Positions 38,306 through 48,972 are shown, numbered from the stretch's first letter. The stretch is 64,000 bases of DNA from Candidatus Niyogibacteria bacterium (GCA_016432485.1 CP066691.1:153294-217293); one strand, 5' to 3'. The notes: generated from the letters alone by a model not told the origin. Translations and numbers: made by a program.

Positions 38306-39278
38306 ATTTTATTTTCTTATATTTTTTTATAAGTTTCAAAAGCTCCCGATCATGCCGGCTGACATTATCCACGTTCAAACCCTGCGAAGCAAGAACGGCG
38401 TTATTATATTCGCGCATAGCCTCAAACAGTTTTAATCCTTTCATAAAAAGCGCCCTGCTTTTATTTTTGGGGGCCGACCTTGCGATTTCACGGCCCAAAA
38501 CTATAAGAGCTTCGGTGTCTTTCGGAAAACAATAGCCGCCATACCCCCGATAATCTCCGTATGCGACGTTAAGCCATGAATCCCCGATTCTCGGGTCATT
38601 GGCCAATATGTGCCGAATATTTTCATAATTTATTTTGGCTCTAACTCCGTTTTTCCGCATAAACTCCTCAAGAGTTTGCGCAAAATCGTAAATCAAATTA
38701 GCAAAGGTAACTTTGAGCGCGCCGAAAGAGTTTGCGGCGTATTTGCCAAGCTCTGCTTCGGTCGGATTGATATCAGCCCACTTAACGGCGCGCTTATGAC
38801 GAGGGGCGGTAAAAGGGGCTTCCGGCAAAAGATGCAAAATTGAAGAAGCCGCTGTTTTTGCTTTGGCGGTAGGCGCCACAATCTGGCGATCAGGATGAAT
38901 CATATTTTCCCAAGAGCGGGCTTCAGTTAAAAACTCCGGACTGAAAGCCAAAGCGCAATTATATTTTTTAGCCAGACGCTCGGTGGTTCCGGGTATAACC
39001 GTGGATTTGATAACCATGACCTTTGCGGACGGCGCGTATTTTTTTACGGCCGACTCAACAATATTCGTATCGCAAGAACCATCTCTCTTCTGCGGAGTAG
39101 GTACGCAGATAAAAATAATTTCCGCTTCGTTTAAATCGTCAAAACATTTTTTGCCCGCGTCGGGGTCGTAACAAAAAAGATTTTTTCCGCGTTTAAATCC
39201 CTTTTCCTCAAAATACCTTTTAACGGCTCCGCCGACCATTCCCGCGCCGGCTATTCCGATTTTTGGATAACTGGACAT
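38298..39278 (-). CDS. UDP-glucose/GDP-mannose dehydrogenase family protein (short form).
   Basis: 326 aa. N-terminal GAGMVGG NAD-binding motif and ICVPTP motif. Confidence 0.7.
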   Translation of the reverse strand: MSSYPKIGIAGAGMVGGAVKRYFEEKGFKRGKNLFCYDPDAGKKCFDDLNEAEIIFICVPTPQKRDGSCDTNIVESAVKKYAPSAKVMVIKSTVIPGTTERLAKKYNCALAFSPEFLTEARSWENMIHPDRQIVAPTAKAKTAASSILHLLPEAPFTAPRHKRAVKWADINPTEAELGKYAANSFGALKVTFANLIYDFAQTLEEFMRKNGVRAKINYENIRHILANDPRIGDSWLNVAYGDYRGYGGYCFPKDTEALIVLGREIARSAPKNKSRALFMKGLKLFEAMREYNNAVLASQGLNVDNVSRHDRELLKLIKKYKKIKYG

Positions 39279-39344
39279 AATAAAAGAATTATAAAATAAA
39301 TCGGGATAAAATCCAAATTAATCCGGACTGGAAAATAACCATAA

Positions 39345-40733
39345 ATGTGGTATGATTATATTCAAATGAATATCTACAGATTAAAATCATTCGTCCTGAT
39401 AATAGGAGACTTGGCTGTTTTTTATATGAGCTTGGCCTTAACGATTGCCCTGCGCTACGGATCGGGCGGATTGGAAAAATGGTGGCTTACGCACCTTGCG
39501 CCCTTTTCGGCCTTATTCGTTTTATGGATAGTTATATTCGTAATAGCCGGACTCTATGACCCGCTGTCATTTTCAGCCAGCCGTTTTGTGCGCGAACGCG
39601 TAATTCGGACGATGCTTTTTGCGGGAGCCGTCAGTATAGCCATTTTTTATATTTACCCCCAGCCGACCATAACCCCAAAAACAAACCTGGCAATGGATCT
39701 GGTTTTATCGGCTATTTTTCTTATAATCTGGCGTGGATTTTACGGAAAAATATTGGCAAGATCAGACAAAACAAAAGTAATTTTCTTCGGCTGGTCTAAC
39801 GAAACGGAGGAAATAATAAACCTTCTCTATGGCAATCCGCAATTAGGATACGAACCGATTGCGGTAATTATGCCGAGCGAATCGGAAAAACCAAAGACCA
39901 TATTGCCCACATTCGTTTTTAACCAAAACCTGACAAAATTAATTTACGAAAAACGAGCGAGATTAATAGTTGCTTCCCTTGATATACATAATAATTACGA
40001 CTTCATAAAAATGATTTACGAAGTCCTGCCTCTGGGAGTGGCTTATCTTAATTTTCCGCAATTTTACGAACGTATAACCGGCAAAATTCCTGTTTCAATG
40101 ATTTCTGAAATGTGGTTCTTGGAAAATATGACCGAAAATGAAAAAAGAGTTTTTGAAATCTTAAAAAGGACTTTTGATGTCTTTGCCGGAGTTATGCTGG
40201 GCATTATCGCCTTGTTGATTCTGCCCTTCGCGGCAACAGCCATAAAACTGGGCGATCCCGGGCCTGTTTTTTTCCGTCAAAAAAGAGTGGGCAGGAACGG
40301 CAAAATTTTTGAATTGATTAAATTCCGTTCAAAGATACATGATGAGGCCTGGAAAAATTCCGGATGGCATAAAGAAGAAGACAAAAAAAGAACTACGCTC
40401 ATTGGGAAAATAATAAGAAAAAGCTACATAGATGAACTGCCTCAGGCGCTGAATATAATAAAAGGCGAAATGTCTTTGATAGGACCTCGTCCGGAAAGAC
40501 CCGAATTCGTTGAAAATTTAAAAATTCAGATCCCCCATTATATGATGCGTCTTCTGGTCCGGCCCGGCATTTCCGGATGGGCGCAAATTAAAATGAAATA
40601 CGACGCTTCGGCCGCCGACGCCCTGGAAAAATTGCAGTATGATCTGTATTACATAAAAAATCGCTCATTCGGCCTGGATGTGTCAATCGCCTTAAAAACT
40701 TTATTTGCCATGATTTCACGCTCCGGAAAATGA
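39345..40733 (+). CDS. Polyprenyl-phosphate sugar phosphotransferase (WbaP/exopolysaccharide priming transferase family).
   Basis: 462 aa. N-terminal TM segments and the C-terminal catalytic domain KRTFD...PGPVFFRQKRVG...DELPQ..N..KGEMSLIGPRP. Confidence 0.85.
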   Translation: MWYDYIQMNIYRLKSFVLIIGDLAVFYMSLALTIALRYGSGGLEKWWLTHLAPFSALFVLWIVIFVIAGLYDPLSFSASRFVRERVIRTMLFAGAVSIAIFYIYPQPTITPKTNLAMDLVLSAIFLIIWRGFYGKILARSDKTKVIFFGWSNETEEIINLLYGNPQLGYEPIAVIMPSESEKPKTILPTFVFNQNLTKLIYEKRARLIVASLDIHNNYDFIKMIYEVLPLGVAYLNFPQFYERITGKIPVSMISEMWFLENMTENEKRVFEILKRTFDVFAGVMLGIIALLILPFAATAIKLGDPGPVFFRQKRVGRNGKIFELIKFRSKIHDEAWKNSGWHKEEDKKRTTLIGKIIRKSYIDELPQALNIIKGEMSLIGPRPERPEFVENLKIQIPHYMMRLLVRPGISGWAQIKMKYDASAADALEKLQYDLYYIKNRSFGLDVSIALKTLFAMISRSGK

Positions 40734-41251
40734 ATATACTTCAACTTGGCAATAATATTTTGCGCGGAACTTCGGAAAAAATTCCCGAAAATGAAATTGT
40801 CTCCGCCCAAACGCGGGAACTGATAAAAAAAATGTCCGAAGCGCTTCACAAAGAACCTCAAGGAATAGGATTGGCCGCGGTTCAAATCGGCGTCCCTAAA
40901 TCAGTTTTTATAGTTTCAGAATATGTTTTCAACCCTTCGTCATACGCCGGCAAAGAAAGCGAAGAAGAAATAAAAAAGAGAAAAGAAACGGAAAAATACG
41001 CCGTATTCATAAATCCGCGGATAATTAAACTGTCAAAAAAGAAAGCTCTGCTTTCAGAAGGATGCCTTTCAGTTGCGGGCAAATTCGGGAGAGTTAAACG
41101 CTCAATCAACGTGACCGTTGAGGCTTATGATGAAAACGGACGCATGTTTAAACGCGGCGCCGGAGGGCTTTTAGCCCAGGTCTTGCAGCATGAATATGAC
41201 CATTTAAACGGAATTTTGTTTGTGGATAAAGTTGAAAAAATAGATAAATAA
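40730..41251 (+). CDS. def: Peptide deformylase.
   Basis: 173 aa. Motifs GIGLAAVQIG, EGCLS, QHEYDHLNG. Confidence 0.85.
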   Translation: MNILQLGNNILRGTSEKIPENEIVSAQTRELIKKMSEALHKEPQGIGLAAVQIGVPKSVFIVSEYVFNPSSYAGKESEEEIKKRKETEKYAVFINPRIIKLSKKKALLSEGCLSVAGKFGRVKRSINVTVEAYDENGRMFKRGAGGLLAQVLQHEYDHLNGILFVDKVEKIDK

Positions 41252-42190
41252 ATGGATTTTATTTTCTTCGGAACATCCGAATTCGCTATCCCAATTTTAG
41301 ACGCCCTTAAAAATAAAGGGCGGCTTCCGAAATTGGTTGTTGCTACTCCCGACAGGCCGGCTGGCCGGGAACTTAAATTAAAATCCTCGCCGGTTAAAAT
41401 GTGGGCGGAAAAAAATGGCATTCCGGTCATACAGCCGGAAAATCTCAAAAACCCCGATACTCTCCAAAAACTAACCGACACTAAGTGCCGGTTAGTTTTG
41501 GTGGCGGCTTACGGCAAAATCATACCGAAAGAAGTTTTAGATCTTCCCGAAAAAGGCTCGCTCAATGTGCACCCCTCGCTTCTTCCGCGCTACAGGGGAG
41601 CCGATCCGATACGATCGGCAATTCTTGCCGGAGACAAAAAAACCGGCGTAACCGTAATGCTGATGGATGAAAAAATGGACCACGGGCCAATTCTTACGCA
41701 GAAAGAATTGGAACACCTAATATTCAATGCCCAATATTCAATACTAAAATCCGAACTGGCGGAATTAGGAGGAAAACTTCTGGCTGAAACGCTTCCCAAA
41801 TGGCTTGCGGGAGAAATTAAACCAAAAGAACAAGACCATTCAAAAGCGACTTACACCAAAAAAATTACAAAAGAAGACGGACACATAAACTGGTCTGAAT
41901 CGGCAGAAATTATTGAACGAAAAATAAGGGCATTAAATCCTTGGCCCGGAACTTATTCGTTCTGGAACGACAAAAGAATTAAAATTTTGGAAGCCGAAAC
42001 GCCAAAAATGTCGTGCCTGGGAGGTTCTATAAAATATGGAGAGGTTTTCAAAAAAGACAGCGGTGTCGCCGTTACTTGCAAGAACGGGGCAATTTTAGTT
42101 AAAAAACTTCAGCTTGAGGGCAAAAAATCTCAAGACGCCAAAAATTTTCTCAACGGCCATCCGGATATAATTGGCGCGATTTTAAATTGA
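41252..42190 (+). CDS. fmt: Methionyl-tRNA formyltransferase.
   Basis: 312 aa. Formyltransferase core (HPSLLPRYRGADPI) and a C-terminal tRNA-binding domain. Confidence 0.9.
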   Translation: MDFIFFGTSEFAIPILDALKNKGRLPKLVVATPDRPAGRELKLKSSPVKMWAEKNGIPVIQPENLKNPDTLQKLTDTKCRLVLVAAYGKIIPKEVLDLPEKGSLNVHPSLLPRYRGADPIRSAILAGDKKTGVTVMLMDEKMDHGPILTQKELEHLIFNAQYSILKSELAELGGKLLAETLPKWLAGEIKPKEQDHSKATYTKKITKEDGHINWSESAEIIERKIRALNPWPGTYSFWNDKRIKILEAETPKMSCLGGSIKYGEVFKKDSGVAVTCKNGAILVKKLQLEGKKSQDAKNFLNGHPDIIGAILN

Positions 42191-44230
42191 TTAAAATCCG
42201 AAGAGTTGAAGGAAAGGAGCAACAACCGCGCCTAAAATACTCGTATTAATTTTGGAGGTCGGCTCGCTTGGAGGAGGTTGCTGAAATTGTTGCTGAAGCT
42301 GCTGCTCCTGCTGTTGAAATTGTTGTTGATATTGCTGTTGATACTGTTGTTCAAACTGCTGCTGATATTGCTGTTGAGATTGCTGTTCGAATTGCTGCTG
42401 ATATTGCTGTTGGTATTGCTGTTCGAATTGCTGCTGAAATTGCTCGCCAGACCCTTCCGGCGCTACGAATCCTTCAGGCGGCATCATTCCTTCAGGCGGC
42501 TTAAAGCCTTCTGGCGGCATCATCCCTTCAGGCGGCTTAAAGCCTTCTGGCGGCTGACCTCCTTCAAATCCTGGCGGAGGTCCTCCCTCAAATCCTTCTG
42601 GCGGCTGAAAACCTTCAGGGAACCCGCCATTAGGGCCGGGTCCTTCCGGTTTTGGCATAAATTGTTCAAAACACTGCCTTATATTATCTCCCGCGCTTTC
42701 ACTCGGGGAAACTGCGCCGGAGCGAATGCCCTCAACATCAATAACTCCTTCCAGGCAGGATTTTACTTCCGGCGGAGCGGAATCAACCATTTCCAATATC
42801 TGCCGTTTTCCTTCCTCCATCCTCTGTAAATCCTCTTCTGAAATAAGCCCGTGCTCTTTGGCAAAACTAAAACATGTTTCTTGATTCGCGGGATTCTGGC
42901 AAAACCCTTCGCATTCTTCGCGGCCCCTGCAATTTCCCGGCCCCTTTCCGCCAGTTTTACGCGCCATTTCAACTTCTTCGGGCGCGATAAATCCCGCGGC
43001 TTCGGCAAAATCCAGACATTCATTAAAATGACTTTCTTCCGAACAATAAACGTCGCATTCTTCCTTTCCGCCGCATGCCGGCGGTTTTATGCCTTTTTTA
43101 ATGGCGGCCAGCATTTTTTTGGCGTCTTCCAGTTCTCCGGGAGGAATCAAGCCGGCTTTTTCGGCAAAATTAAGGCAGGATTCCATATTTCCCGGCTGAG
43201 AACAATACGCATCGCAAGATTTTTTTCCCCGGCAGGGCGGGGGCTTTGCTCCGGCTTTAACCGCGGCCAAAACCTTCTTCGCGTCCTCCAATTCATCAGG
43301 CGGAATGAAACCGGCGGTTTCTCCGAAAATAATACATTCCTCCATATGGTCGGAACTTTCACAATAAGAATCGCACTCGTCTTTATTCTTGCATCCGCCG
43401 GGCAGCGTGAGGCCGGACGCCAGAGCTTTTTGGACTTTTCTGGCTTCTTCCAGTTCATCCGGAGGCATAAGTCCGGTTTTCTCGGCAAACGCCAGACACT
43501 CGTCAATACGGCTTACATCATTGCAATACGATTCGCAGGAATCAGCGGACGTGCATCCGCCGGGACCCTTGGCTCCGGCGGCGCTGAACTTTTTGGCTTT
43601 ATCGGCTTCATCTTTAGAAATCAAATTATGCTTCTCGGCAAACGTAACACAAGCGTTTATATTTGCCGGATCATCGCAATAAGAGCGGCATTCGGTTTCA
43701 TCTTTGCATCCATTTAATTCCGCGACCGGATAAACTATTTCTGTTTTTACTGTCTCGGCGCTTTTAGTCGGGGTCTCAACGCTGCTTGGAACGGTTTTTG
43801 GGGAAACTGGGGCTGGAGTCGGAGCTGGAGGCGGCGGAGCGGCATTAGTAATTCTTCCGCGACTTATGCCGTCAGAGGGCGGCAGAAGTTCAAGTTGAGT
43901 AATATCGCCTTTGCAGTCGGTAATTTCGGCAAAGAGCGCCGGCGTAAAATCATCGGGGTCGGCAAAAGAAACGTTATTATTCTCAAAAGTTTTGGGACAG
44001 CCGGCAAGTCCCGCGGAGTAAGGAAGTTTATTCGGAGCCTTTAAAGAAAAATCCTTGATGCCATCCGAATCTCTTATGGTTAAAATAAAAAGACCGACCG
44101 ACGGATCTTTTTTAAGAACGACCGAAGCGTTGGGCGCGGCTTGCGCTATATAATATAAGGATACGGAAAGAAAAATGACTGACCCCAAAAAGAACCATAA
44201 TTTTTTATTTAAAATTGTGTTTGATGGCAT
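42191..44230 (-). CDS. Secreted/anchored repeat protein. It has six Cx5Cx3Cx8C modules of about 50 aa, each followed by FAEKxGLIPPDELEDAKK, then a P/G/E-rich linker and a Gln-rich (QQFEQQYQQQ) tail.
   Basis: 679 aa. N-terminal TM/signal. The repeats were verified by eye: CKDETECRSYC..C, CTSADSCESYC..C, CKNKDECDSYC..C, CRGKKSCDAYC..C, CGGKEECDVYC..C, CRGREECEGFC..C. Confidence 0.6.
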   Translation of the reverse strand: MPSNTILNKKLWFFLGSVIFLSVSLYYIAQAAPNASVVLKKDPSVGLFILTIRDSDGIKDFSLKAPNKLPYSAGLAGCPKTFENNNVSFADPDDFTPALFAEITDCKGDITQLELLPPSDGISRGRITNAAPPPPAPTPAPVSPKTVPSSVETPTKSAETVKTEIVYPVAELNGCKDETECRSYCDDPANINACVTFAEKHNLISKDEADKAKKFSAAGAKGPGGCTSADSCESYCNDVSRIDECLAFAEKTGLMPPDELEEARKVQKALASGLTLPGGCKNKDECDSYCESSDHMEECIIFGETAGFIPPDELEDAKKVLAAVKAGAKPPPCRGKKSCDAYCSQPGNMESCLNFAEKAGLIPPGELEDAKKMLAAIKKGIKPPACGGKEECDVYCSEESHFNECLDFAEAAGFIAPEEVEMARKTGGKGPGNCRGREECEGFCQNPANQETCFSFAKEHGLISEEDLQRMEEGKRQILEMVDSAPPEVKSCLEGVIDVEGIRSGAVSPSESAGDNIRQCFEQFMPKPEGPGPNGGFPEGFQPPEGFEGGPPPGFEGGQPPEGFKPPEGMMPPEGFKPPEGMMPPEGFVAPEGSGEQFQQQFEQQYQQQYQQQFEQQSQQQYQQQFEQQYQQQYQQQFQQQEQQLQQQFQQPPPSEPTSKINTSILGAVVAPFLQLFGF
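42270..42440 (-). repeat. 24-nt tandem repeat array encoding the QQ[FY]EQQ[YS]Q tail.
   Basis: gctgttgatattgctgttgagattgctgttcgaattgctgctgatattgctg periodicity. The leucine-rich + ORF 42278..42829 is its antisense artefact. Confidence 0.6.
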
Positions 44231-44243
44231 AAAATTTTATTTT

Positions 44244-44498
44244 TTATTCAAAAGGGTTTTTATAAATATCTTTAAAGGGATTCGCTTTGTCCACCGGATT
44301 AATCACAGGCACGTCCTTCAAAACATTGGTTTCGGTGTTTATGGACGGCAGTGTGCCGGAAACGGCAGGCGTGCTGGCTTTCGCGGGACCGAGAATTTTT
44401 TCCTTTGTTTTTTGCTTCCAGTAAATAAGTCCGGCAATCGCTACTACGATAACAATAACGAGAACTGTAATATAAAGTTGCTTGGGGGTTTTTTCCAT
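44244..44498 (-). CDS. Small single-TM protein.
   Basis: 84 aa. One hydrophobic helix (ITVLVIVIVVAIAGLIYW). Confidence 0.35.
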   Translation of the reverse strand: MEKTPKQLYITVLVIVIVVAIAGLIYWKQKTKEKILGPAKASTPAVSGTLPSINTETNVLKDVPVINPVDKANPFKDIYKNPFE

Positions 44499-44558
44499 AA
44501 TTTAAGTATAGCACTTCACCCGCCTTTTTTTTATTTCAATCAGCCGGCTGTGTATAAC

Positions 44559-44596
44559 TAAAACCCCCCGCGGCTGCGGGGGGTTTTAGTTTTTTA
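44559..44596. terminator. Bidirectional rho-independent terminator.
   Basis: aaaa-ccccccgcggctgcgggggg-tttt perfect hairpin with flanking A and T runs. Confidence 0.65.
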
Positions 44597-44806
44597 TCTG
44601 CGGAAATCTCGTCTCGGGTGGCTTTTGCGGTAACAATCCAGGCAAAATACCGGCCGGCCCTCTTTGGGCTCAAACGGCAGCTTGGTTATTTCGGCTCCGC
44701 AATCAGAACATTTCCAGTTCCCCTCAATCATGGGCGGACGGCCGGATTGGTCGCCGTTAGAAAAACCTCCGTTGCCCCGATTTCCATTATAATTGAAATC
44801 TTGCAC
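44594..44806 (-). CDS. Small zinc-ribbon protein (CxxC-x17-CxxC).
   Basis: 70 aa. WKCSDCGAEITKLPFEPKEGRPVFCLDCY. Confidence 0.4.
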   Translation of the reverse strand: MQDFNYNGNRGNGGFSNGDQSGRPPMIEGNWKCSDCGAEITKLPFEPKEGRPVFCLDCYRKSHPRRDFRR

Positions 44807-44901
44807 TTAACTTTTTTCTGGTTTACTAAATTATACGTCTCGACTAGTTCGTATATGAATAAGAGTTTACTCTCCGCGGAAACGCGTGTCAAATGAGTTC
44901 G

Positions 44902-45906
44902 TTACTTTACATCCAAAAGCTCTATTTCAAAAATAAGAGTTGAATTCGGAGGAATTTTTCCGCCCGCGGCTCCGGTAACACCGTATCCGAGTGAGGGCGG
45001 AATAATCAATTTTCTTTTGCCCCCAATTTTCATTCCCAAAAGTCCCTGTTCCCAGCCCTTAATCACCTGCCCAGCGCCAAGAGTAAAAGAAAAGGGAGTT
45101 TTGCGGTCGTAAGAGCTGTCAAATTTATTTCCATTTTCAAGAGTTCCGATGTAGTGCACGCTCAAAGTTTTTCCGTTTTTGGCTTCAGCGCCTTCGCCCG
45201 CTTTTATATCTTCAATTTTAAGCTCCCGCTTGGCTATGGCCGGTTCACCGCTAATAATTAAATTCAATTCGTCAAAGGATGCGGCAAAATTATTTACCAG
45301 AGACGCGAATTCTGTTCCAGCGACGGCTAATTTCGCGTTGATCGAAACAAAAGAGGGTTGTTCTGCCTCTTGGCCCGCGGCAAGCGCGTCATAATAACTT
45401 TTAGCCGTATTCAGTAACTCACGCTCAAGCGCGGCCATTTCTTTAAAACCGAGGATCAAACGGCCCAAGATATCGGCTACTTTTTCCGCCGTATCTCCGG
45501 CTTCTTTAGTTCTGACTCTGCTAGCGACAGTTTTAAATTCCTCAGTTTTCAGTTTTAATAGCTCATTTTTCTGCTCAAGCTCATCCACAATTTTTAAAGA
45601 TCCGGCAACTACTTCCGAGGAACCTTTAAAATCGCGGGCATTTTCTTTATCAATAAGTCCGTTAAAACTTTGAGCAAGCCGAACCTGAAGAATATCAACC
45701 ATATCAAAAACCAAATCGCCCGCTTCCCGCGATTTTTCCGGAATCTCGGACAATCCCCTGCTGTTTGAAAGATAGTAATGCGAATAATAATAAATACCGG
45801 CGAAAAGTAATATCAAGGCCGCGGCTCCCGCAAAAACTTTTAACCGATTAGCCGTTTTCATATACAAAGATGATACCATAATTTTAATTTTTAAAAAGGC
45901 CGGCAA
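44902..45906 (-). CDS. Membrane-anchored FKBP-type peptidyl-prolyl cis-trans isomerase.
   Basis: 334 aa. C-terminal FKBP domain ([55 protein letters not shown]), N-terminal TM and coiled coil. Confidence 0.8.
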   Translation of the reverse strand: MPAFLKIKIMVSSLYMKTANRLKVFAGAAALILLFAGIYYYSHYYLSNSRGLSEIPEKSREAGDLVFDMVDILQVRLAQSFNGLIDKENARDFKGSSEVVAGSLKIVDELEQKNELLKLKTEEFKTVASRVRTKEAGDTAEKVADILGRLILGFKEMAALERELLNTAKSYYDALAAGQEAEQPSFVSINAKLAVAGTEFASLVNNFAASFDELNLIISGEPAIAKRELKIEDIKAGEGAEAKNGKTLSVHYIGTLENGNKFDSSYDRKTPFSFTLGAGQVIKGWEQGLLGMKIGGKRKLIIPPSLGYGVTGAAGGKIPPNSTLIFEIELLDVK

Positions 45907-45924
45907 ATTTGATATAAATAAGAT

Positions 45925-47334
45925 ATGAAAATATGGCTGTGGACAATAATTCTTATCGTGATTGCGGCATTTTTTTATATGTACGGTTTGGCCCGTCTGC
46001 CATTGGAGGAAGCGGATGAAGCGACTTACGCCATAGTAGTTCGCGAAATGATTCAGAGCGGGAATTTTCTTACGATGACTTATGACGGAGCCGTGTGGAC
46101 CGAAAAACCGCCGCTGCTTTTCTGGCTTATGGCCGGAAGCGCGAACCTTTTCGGCCTTAACGAATTTGCTCTTCGTTGGCCGATAGCTTTCTTCGGAATT
46201 TTAGCCGTATTTTTTACGGCAGGAATTCTTAAAACGGCGACGGGAAAAAATGAAATCGCGTTTATCGGAGCAATAACAATGATTTTATTTCCCCTTTTTC
46301 TGGCTGCCGCGCGAAATATCCGAATGGATGTTCCGGTCGTAGCTATGATGCTGGGCGCGGTGTGGTGCGTTTTTAAAAGCGCTGAAAATAAACCCTACGC
46401 CGCGGGAGTGGGCATTTTAACGGCCATAGGATTTTTATTAAAAAGCGTCGTGGCGCTCTTGGCTTTGCCGATTATATTTATTTACGGCCTTATTTACCGA
46501 GATTGGCAATGGATGAAAAATAAATACTTTTGGCTCGGCTGGGGCGCGGGCGCAATCATTGCTCTTCCTTGGCATATTTATGAAACCGTTCTTTTGGGCG
46601 GACGCTTTATTGCCGATTACCTCGGATTGCATGTTATTGAAAGGTTTAGCGACAATATTATTCAAAGCGGCATTACCGCGCCGTACATAGCAAAAGTTTT
46701 TTGGATAGCGGGACAGCCATGGAGCAGTGTTTTGATTTTAGCCCTTCTGATATTCGGCGCGACTTTTTTCGGCAAACAGAAAGAATCTTCCAAACAAATA
46801 CGGCGGCTGGCTCTTTTCTCTTTTACTTCTTCGGTTTTCCTGATAGCTATTTTTATGGCGTCTCGGACAAAACTTATTACTTATTTTATTCCCGCCTATC
46901 CCTTTTTAGTTTTATTCCTGGCCTCCGTATATTGGTGGTTTTTGGAAATTTCGCAAAAAAAGTATGTATTATTTTTACGGGGCACGTTCATTTTTCTTGC
47001 CATAATTGCCTTCGGCTTAAGTTTTAGAGAAGCATTTTTGGAAAGCAAACTCTATGTCTCACGGCAAGTTTCAGACGCTAAACCGGTCGGCGTTTATCTG
47101 GCAGATGCGCCCGAGAATATTCCGGTTTTTAGTTATGAATACGCGTATGACAAAACCGTCAGATTTTATTCCGGCAAAGATATTATCAGAATAAAAGAGG
47201 ACAACGGACAAACACTTGAGACGCCGTTTTATTTAATTATCCCGACGGCTTTGCTGCGAGAAAACGAATGGTTAAACCGATTCCCAAAACTTCACAGCGG
47301 AAAATATTTAACTCTGGTCCTCGTTCAGTCGTAA
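45925..47334 (+). CDS. Glycosyltransferase family 39/83 (ArnT/PMT-like) integral membrane protein.
   Basis: 469 aa with more than 10 TM helices. The N-terminal loop motif DEATYA...W.EKPPLLFW is diagnostic of the GT-C ArnT/PMT family. Confidence 0.7.
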   Translation: MKIWLWTIILIVIAAFFYMYGLARLPLEEADEATYAIVVREMIQSGNFLTMTYDGAVWTEKPPLLFWLMAGSANLFGLNEFALRWPIAFFGILAVFFTAGILKTATGKNEIAFIGAITMILFPLFLAAARNIRMDVPVVAMMLGAVWCVFKSAENKPYAAGVGILTAIGFLLKSVVALLALPIIFIYGLIYRDWQWMKNKYFWLGWGAGAIIALPWHIYETVLLGGRFIADYLGLHVIERFSDNIIQSGITAPYIAKVFWIAGQPWSSVLILALLIFGATFFGKQKESSKQIRRLALFSFTSSVFLIAIFMASRTKLITYFIPAYPFLVLFLASVYWWFLEISQKKYVLFLRGTFIFLAIIAFGLSFREAFLESKLYVSRQVSDAKPVGVYLADAPENIPVFSYEYAYDKTVRFYSGKDIIRIKEDNGQTLETPFYLIIPTALLRENEWLNRFPKLHSGKYLTLVLVQS

Positions 47335-47375
47335 CTTTTGTTATTTTAGACGAAAATCAGAAATTATCTAAAAAC

Positions 47376-47404
47376 TTGACATAAAATATAAAAAATGATA
47401 TCAT
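47376..47404 (+). promoter_or_regulatory. Sigma70 promoter (-35 TTGACA, 17-nt spacer, -10 TATCAT) with an RBS AGGGAGG upstream of a GTG start.
   Basis: aaaaacttgacataaaatataaaaaatgatatcat read directly. Confidence 0.5.
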
Positions 47405-47471
47405 CTTCAACGGATACAAAAAGGTTCCGAAACTGCTCATAAAGAAGTAAACAATAGGGAGGAGTAAAGCC

Positions 47472-48320
47472 GTGGACGAACTTGAATTTATAGATGTGCG
47501 CGAGTTGCGGATATGCGTAAATACGGTACTCAACACGTTTTATACACATAGTCTCCTGCTTCACGCCGCCAAACATCAGCCGACAACCCGAATGGAAAAA
47601 GCGGTTGAATATTATACTGCCGACCTTGACAACTTTTTTAACCAAACAATAAAGGAACACGCGCAAGTAATTTTGTCTTACCTTCTTACAATTTGCGGCG
47701 GCGAAATGAGGCATCTGCCCAAGTACAACCAAAAAAGTTTACTTAAAAAACTTGCCAATAAGGTCGGAATTTGCGTCTCTCCCGAACAAATCGTCATAAA
47801 ACGCCTTAGAGATAAAATTGAATTTGGCGGCAATAGAGATGAGTGTTATACGTCTATAATCCGATACCTGCAATGCTCCGCGAAAGCCGATGTGCAGGAA
47901 TTTGCGCGGTTGCTTGTGGTGGGATTCAACGAAGTGAAGTGGGTAAAGGAAAGTATGGGCGGAAAACGGTGGGGACAAATCGCGGAAATCGCGCACAAAT
48001 ACTATTCTGGGCAAATTGAAACCGTTCAATTCCTGGATACAGTTTTTACCCTGCGGCATAACGCCGGAAGACTATTTGATAAAATGATGGCTTTCGCAAG
48101 ATGGACGGGCGAGGACGCCATTAGCGAACAACTCAAGGCGCAGGCCGAAGCAAAAAACATCACGGAACTAGTCGCGAGACTTTCTGTCATTCATGACGGC
48201 TTTGAACCCGGATGTGTAACGCTTCTAGAGAGGGGCAAAACATTTGGCTGGTGGAAAGATGACCTGGCGAGTCTCTGTCAGCCGAAGCCAGCCATACAAA
48301 AAGGCGGCAAAAATGATTAA
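47472..48320 (+). CDS. Hypothetical protein (282 aa, GTG start).
   Basis: Long ORF with promoter and RBS. No recognisable motif. The antisense ORFs 47364..47732 and 47739..48059 are rejected. Confidence 0.5.
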   Translation: MDELEFIDVRELRICVNTVLNTFYTHSLLLHAAKHQPTTRMEKAVEYYTADLDNFFNQTIKEHAQVILSYLLTICGGEMRHLPKYNQKSLLKKLANKVGICVSPEQIVIKRLRDKIEFGGNRDECYTSIIRYLQCSAKADVQEFARLLVVGFNEVKWVKESMGGKRWGQIAEIAHKYYSGQIETVQFLDTVFTLRHNAGRLFDKMMAFARWTGEDAISEQLKAQAEAKNITELVARLSVIHDGFEPGCVTLLERGKTFGWWKDDLASLCQPKPAIQKGGKND

Positions 48321-48852
48321 CAACAAGAAACCGCGCTGTTTCCACCCCGGCCGAACAGTGGCCGTTGGGCCATATTCCGTTATTGCCGGAGCAAGGTATG
48401 ACATGGCCGGCACTGATCTTAGCGACGTAGACATTCTGGTTTCTTTGACCGAAACTGTGCCGGCACGTCTTTGGCGGATGGGATATAAAAATCCTATTGT
48501 CTGGTCGTTCCCTATCAAAGATTATTACGGACCGGATGGGCCTTGGCTCGCGCTTTTAGAAAAAATTACCGATGAACTTAAAATCGGGAAAAAAATATTT
48601 ATCTTTTGCGACGGCGGTCATGGCAGAACCGGATTACTGCTTGCTTCACTTATCGCAAAAGTTGAGAGCCCGGATGACCCGATAGCCGTTACGCGCTCAA
48701 GATATTGCGTAAAGGCGGTTGAAACAATACAGCAGGCAAAAACAATTTTTGGTTTGCTTGGGGTGGAAGTCCCTAAGGCATATCAGAAAACTCTTATGGA
48801 CGCCAATAAAATATACGAAATCCTGCTTAGAAAATTCATCAAAAAAAATTGA
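48313..48852 (+). CDS. Cytoplasmic Cys-based (CX5R) protein phosphatase-like protein.
   Basis: P-loop FCDGGHGRTG. The start is taken at the ATG encoding MINNKKPR, 8 nt inside the preceding gene. The ORF track lists 48244..48852. Confidence 0.55.
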   Translation: MINNKKPRCFHPGRTVAVGPYSVIAGARYDMAGTDLSDVDILVSLTETVPARLWRMGYKNPIVWSFPIKDYYGPDGPWLALLEKITDELKIGKKIFIFCDGGHGRTGLLLASLIAKVESPDDPIAVTRSRYCVKAVETIQQAKTIFGLLGVEVPKAYQKTLMDANKIYEILLRKFIKKN

Positions 48853-48856
48853 TGTG

Positions 48857-48895
48857 AGCTCCACGCCTTTTTGGGTGGAGCTTTTTAATTTATCA
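48857..48895 (+). terminator. Rho-independent terminator.
   Basis: gagctccacgcc-ttttt-gggtggagctc followed by tttttaattt. Confidence 0.65.
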
Positions 48896-48900
48896 AATCG

Positions 48901-48972
48901 CTAAAAAATCAAAGAATCGTTTTGGCAAAATCCCAAAATTCGGGATGGTTTTGCTTGGTTTTAAGCCACCAC
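48901..48972 (-). pseudogene. Degenerate duplicate of the last 23 codons of the downstream EamA-GH fusion gene (WWWWLKTKQNHPEFWDFAKTIL* compared with WFWLKIKHNTPEFWEYAEKLL..*).
   Basis: Translation of the minus strand. It is separated from the intact copy by a palindrome-rich insert of about 150 nt. Confidence 0.45.

Noticed and set aside
42278-43717. Leu-rich ORF 42278..42829 and ORF 42851..43717 on the plus strand.
   Set aside because: They are antisense to the Gln-rich tail and Cys-repeat body of the 42191..44230 gene.
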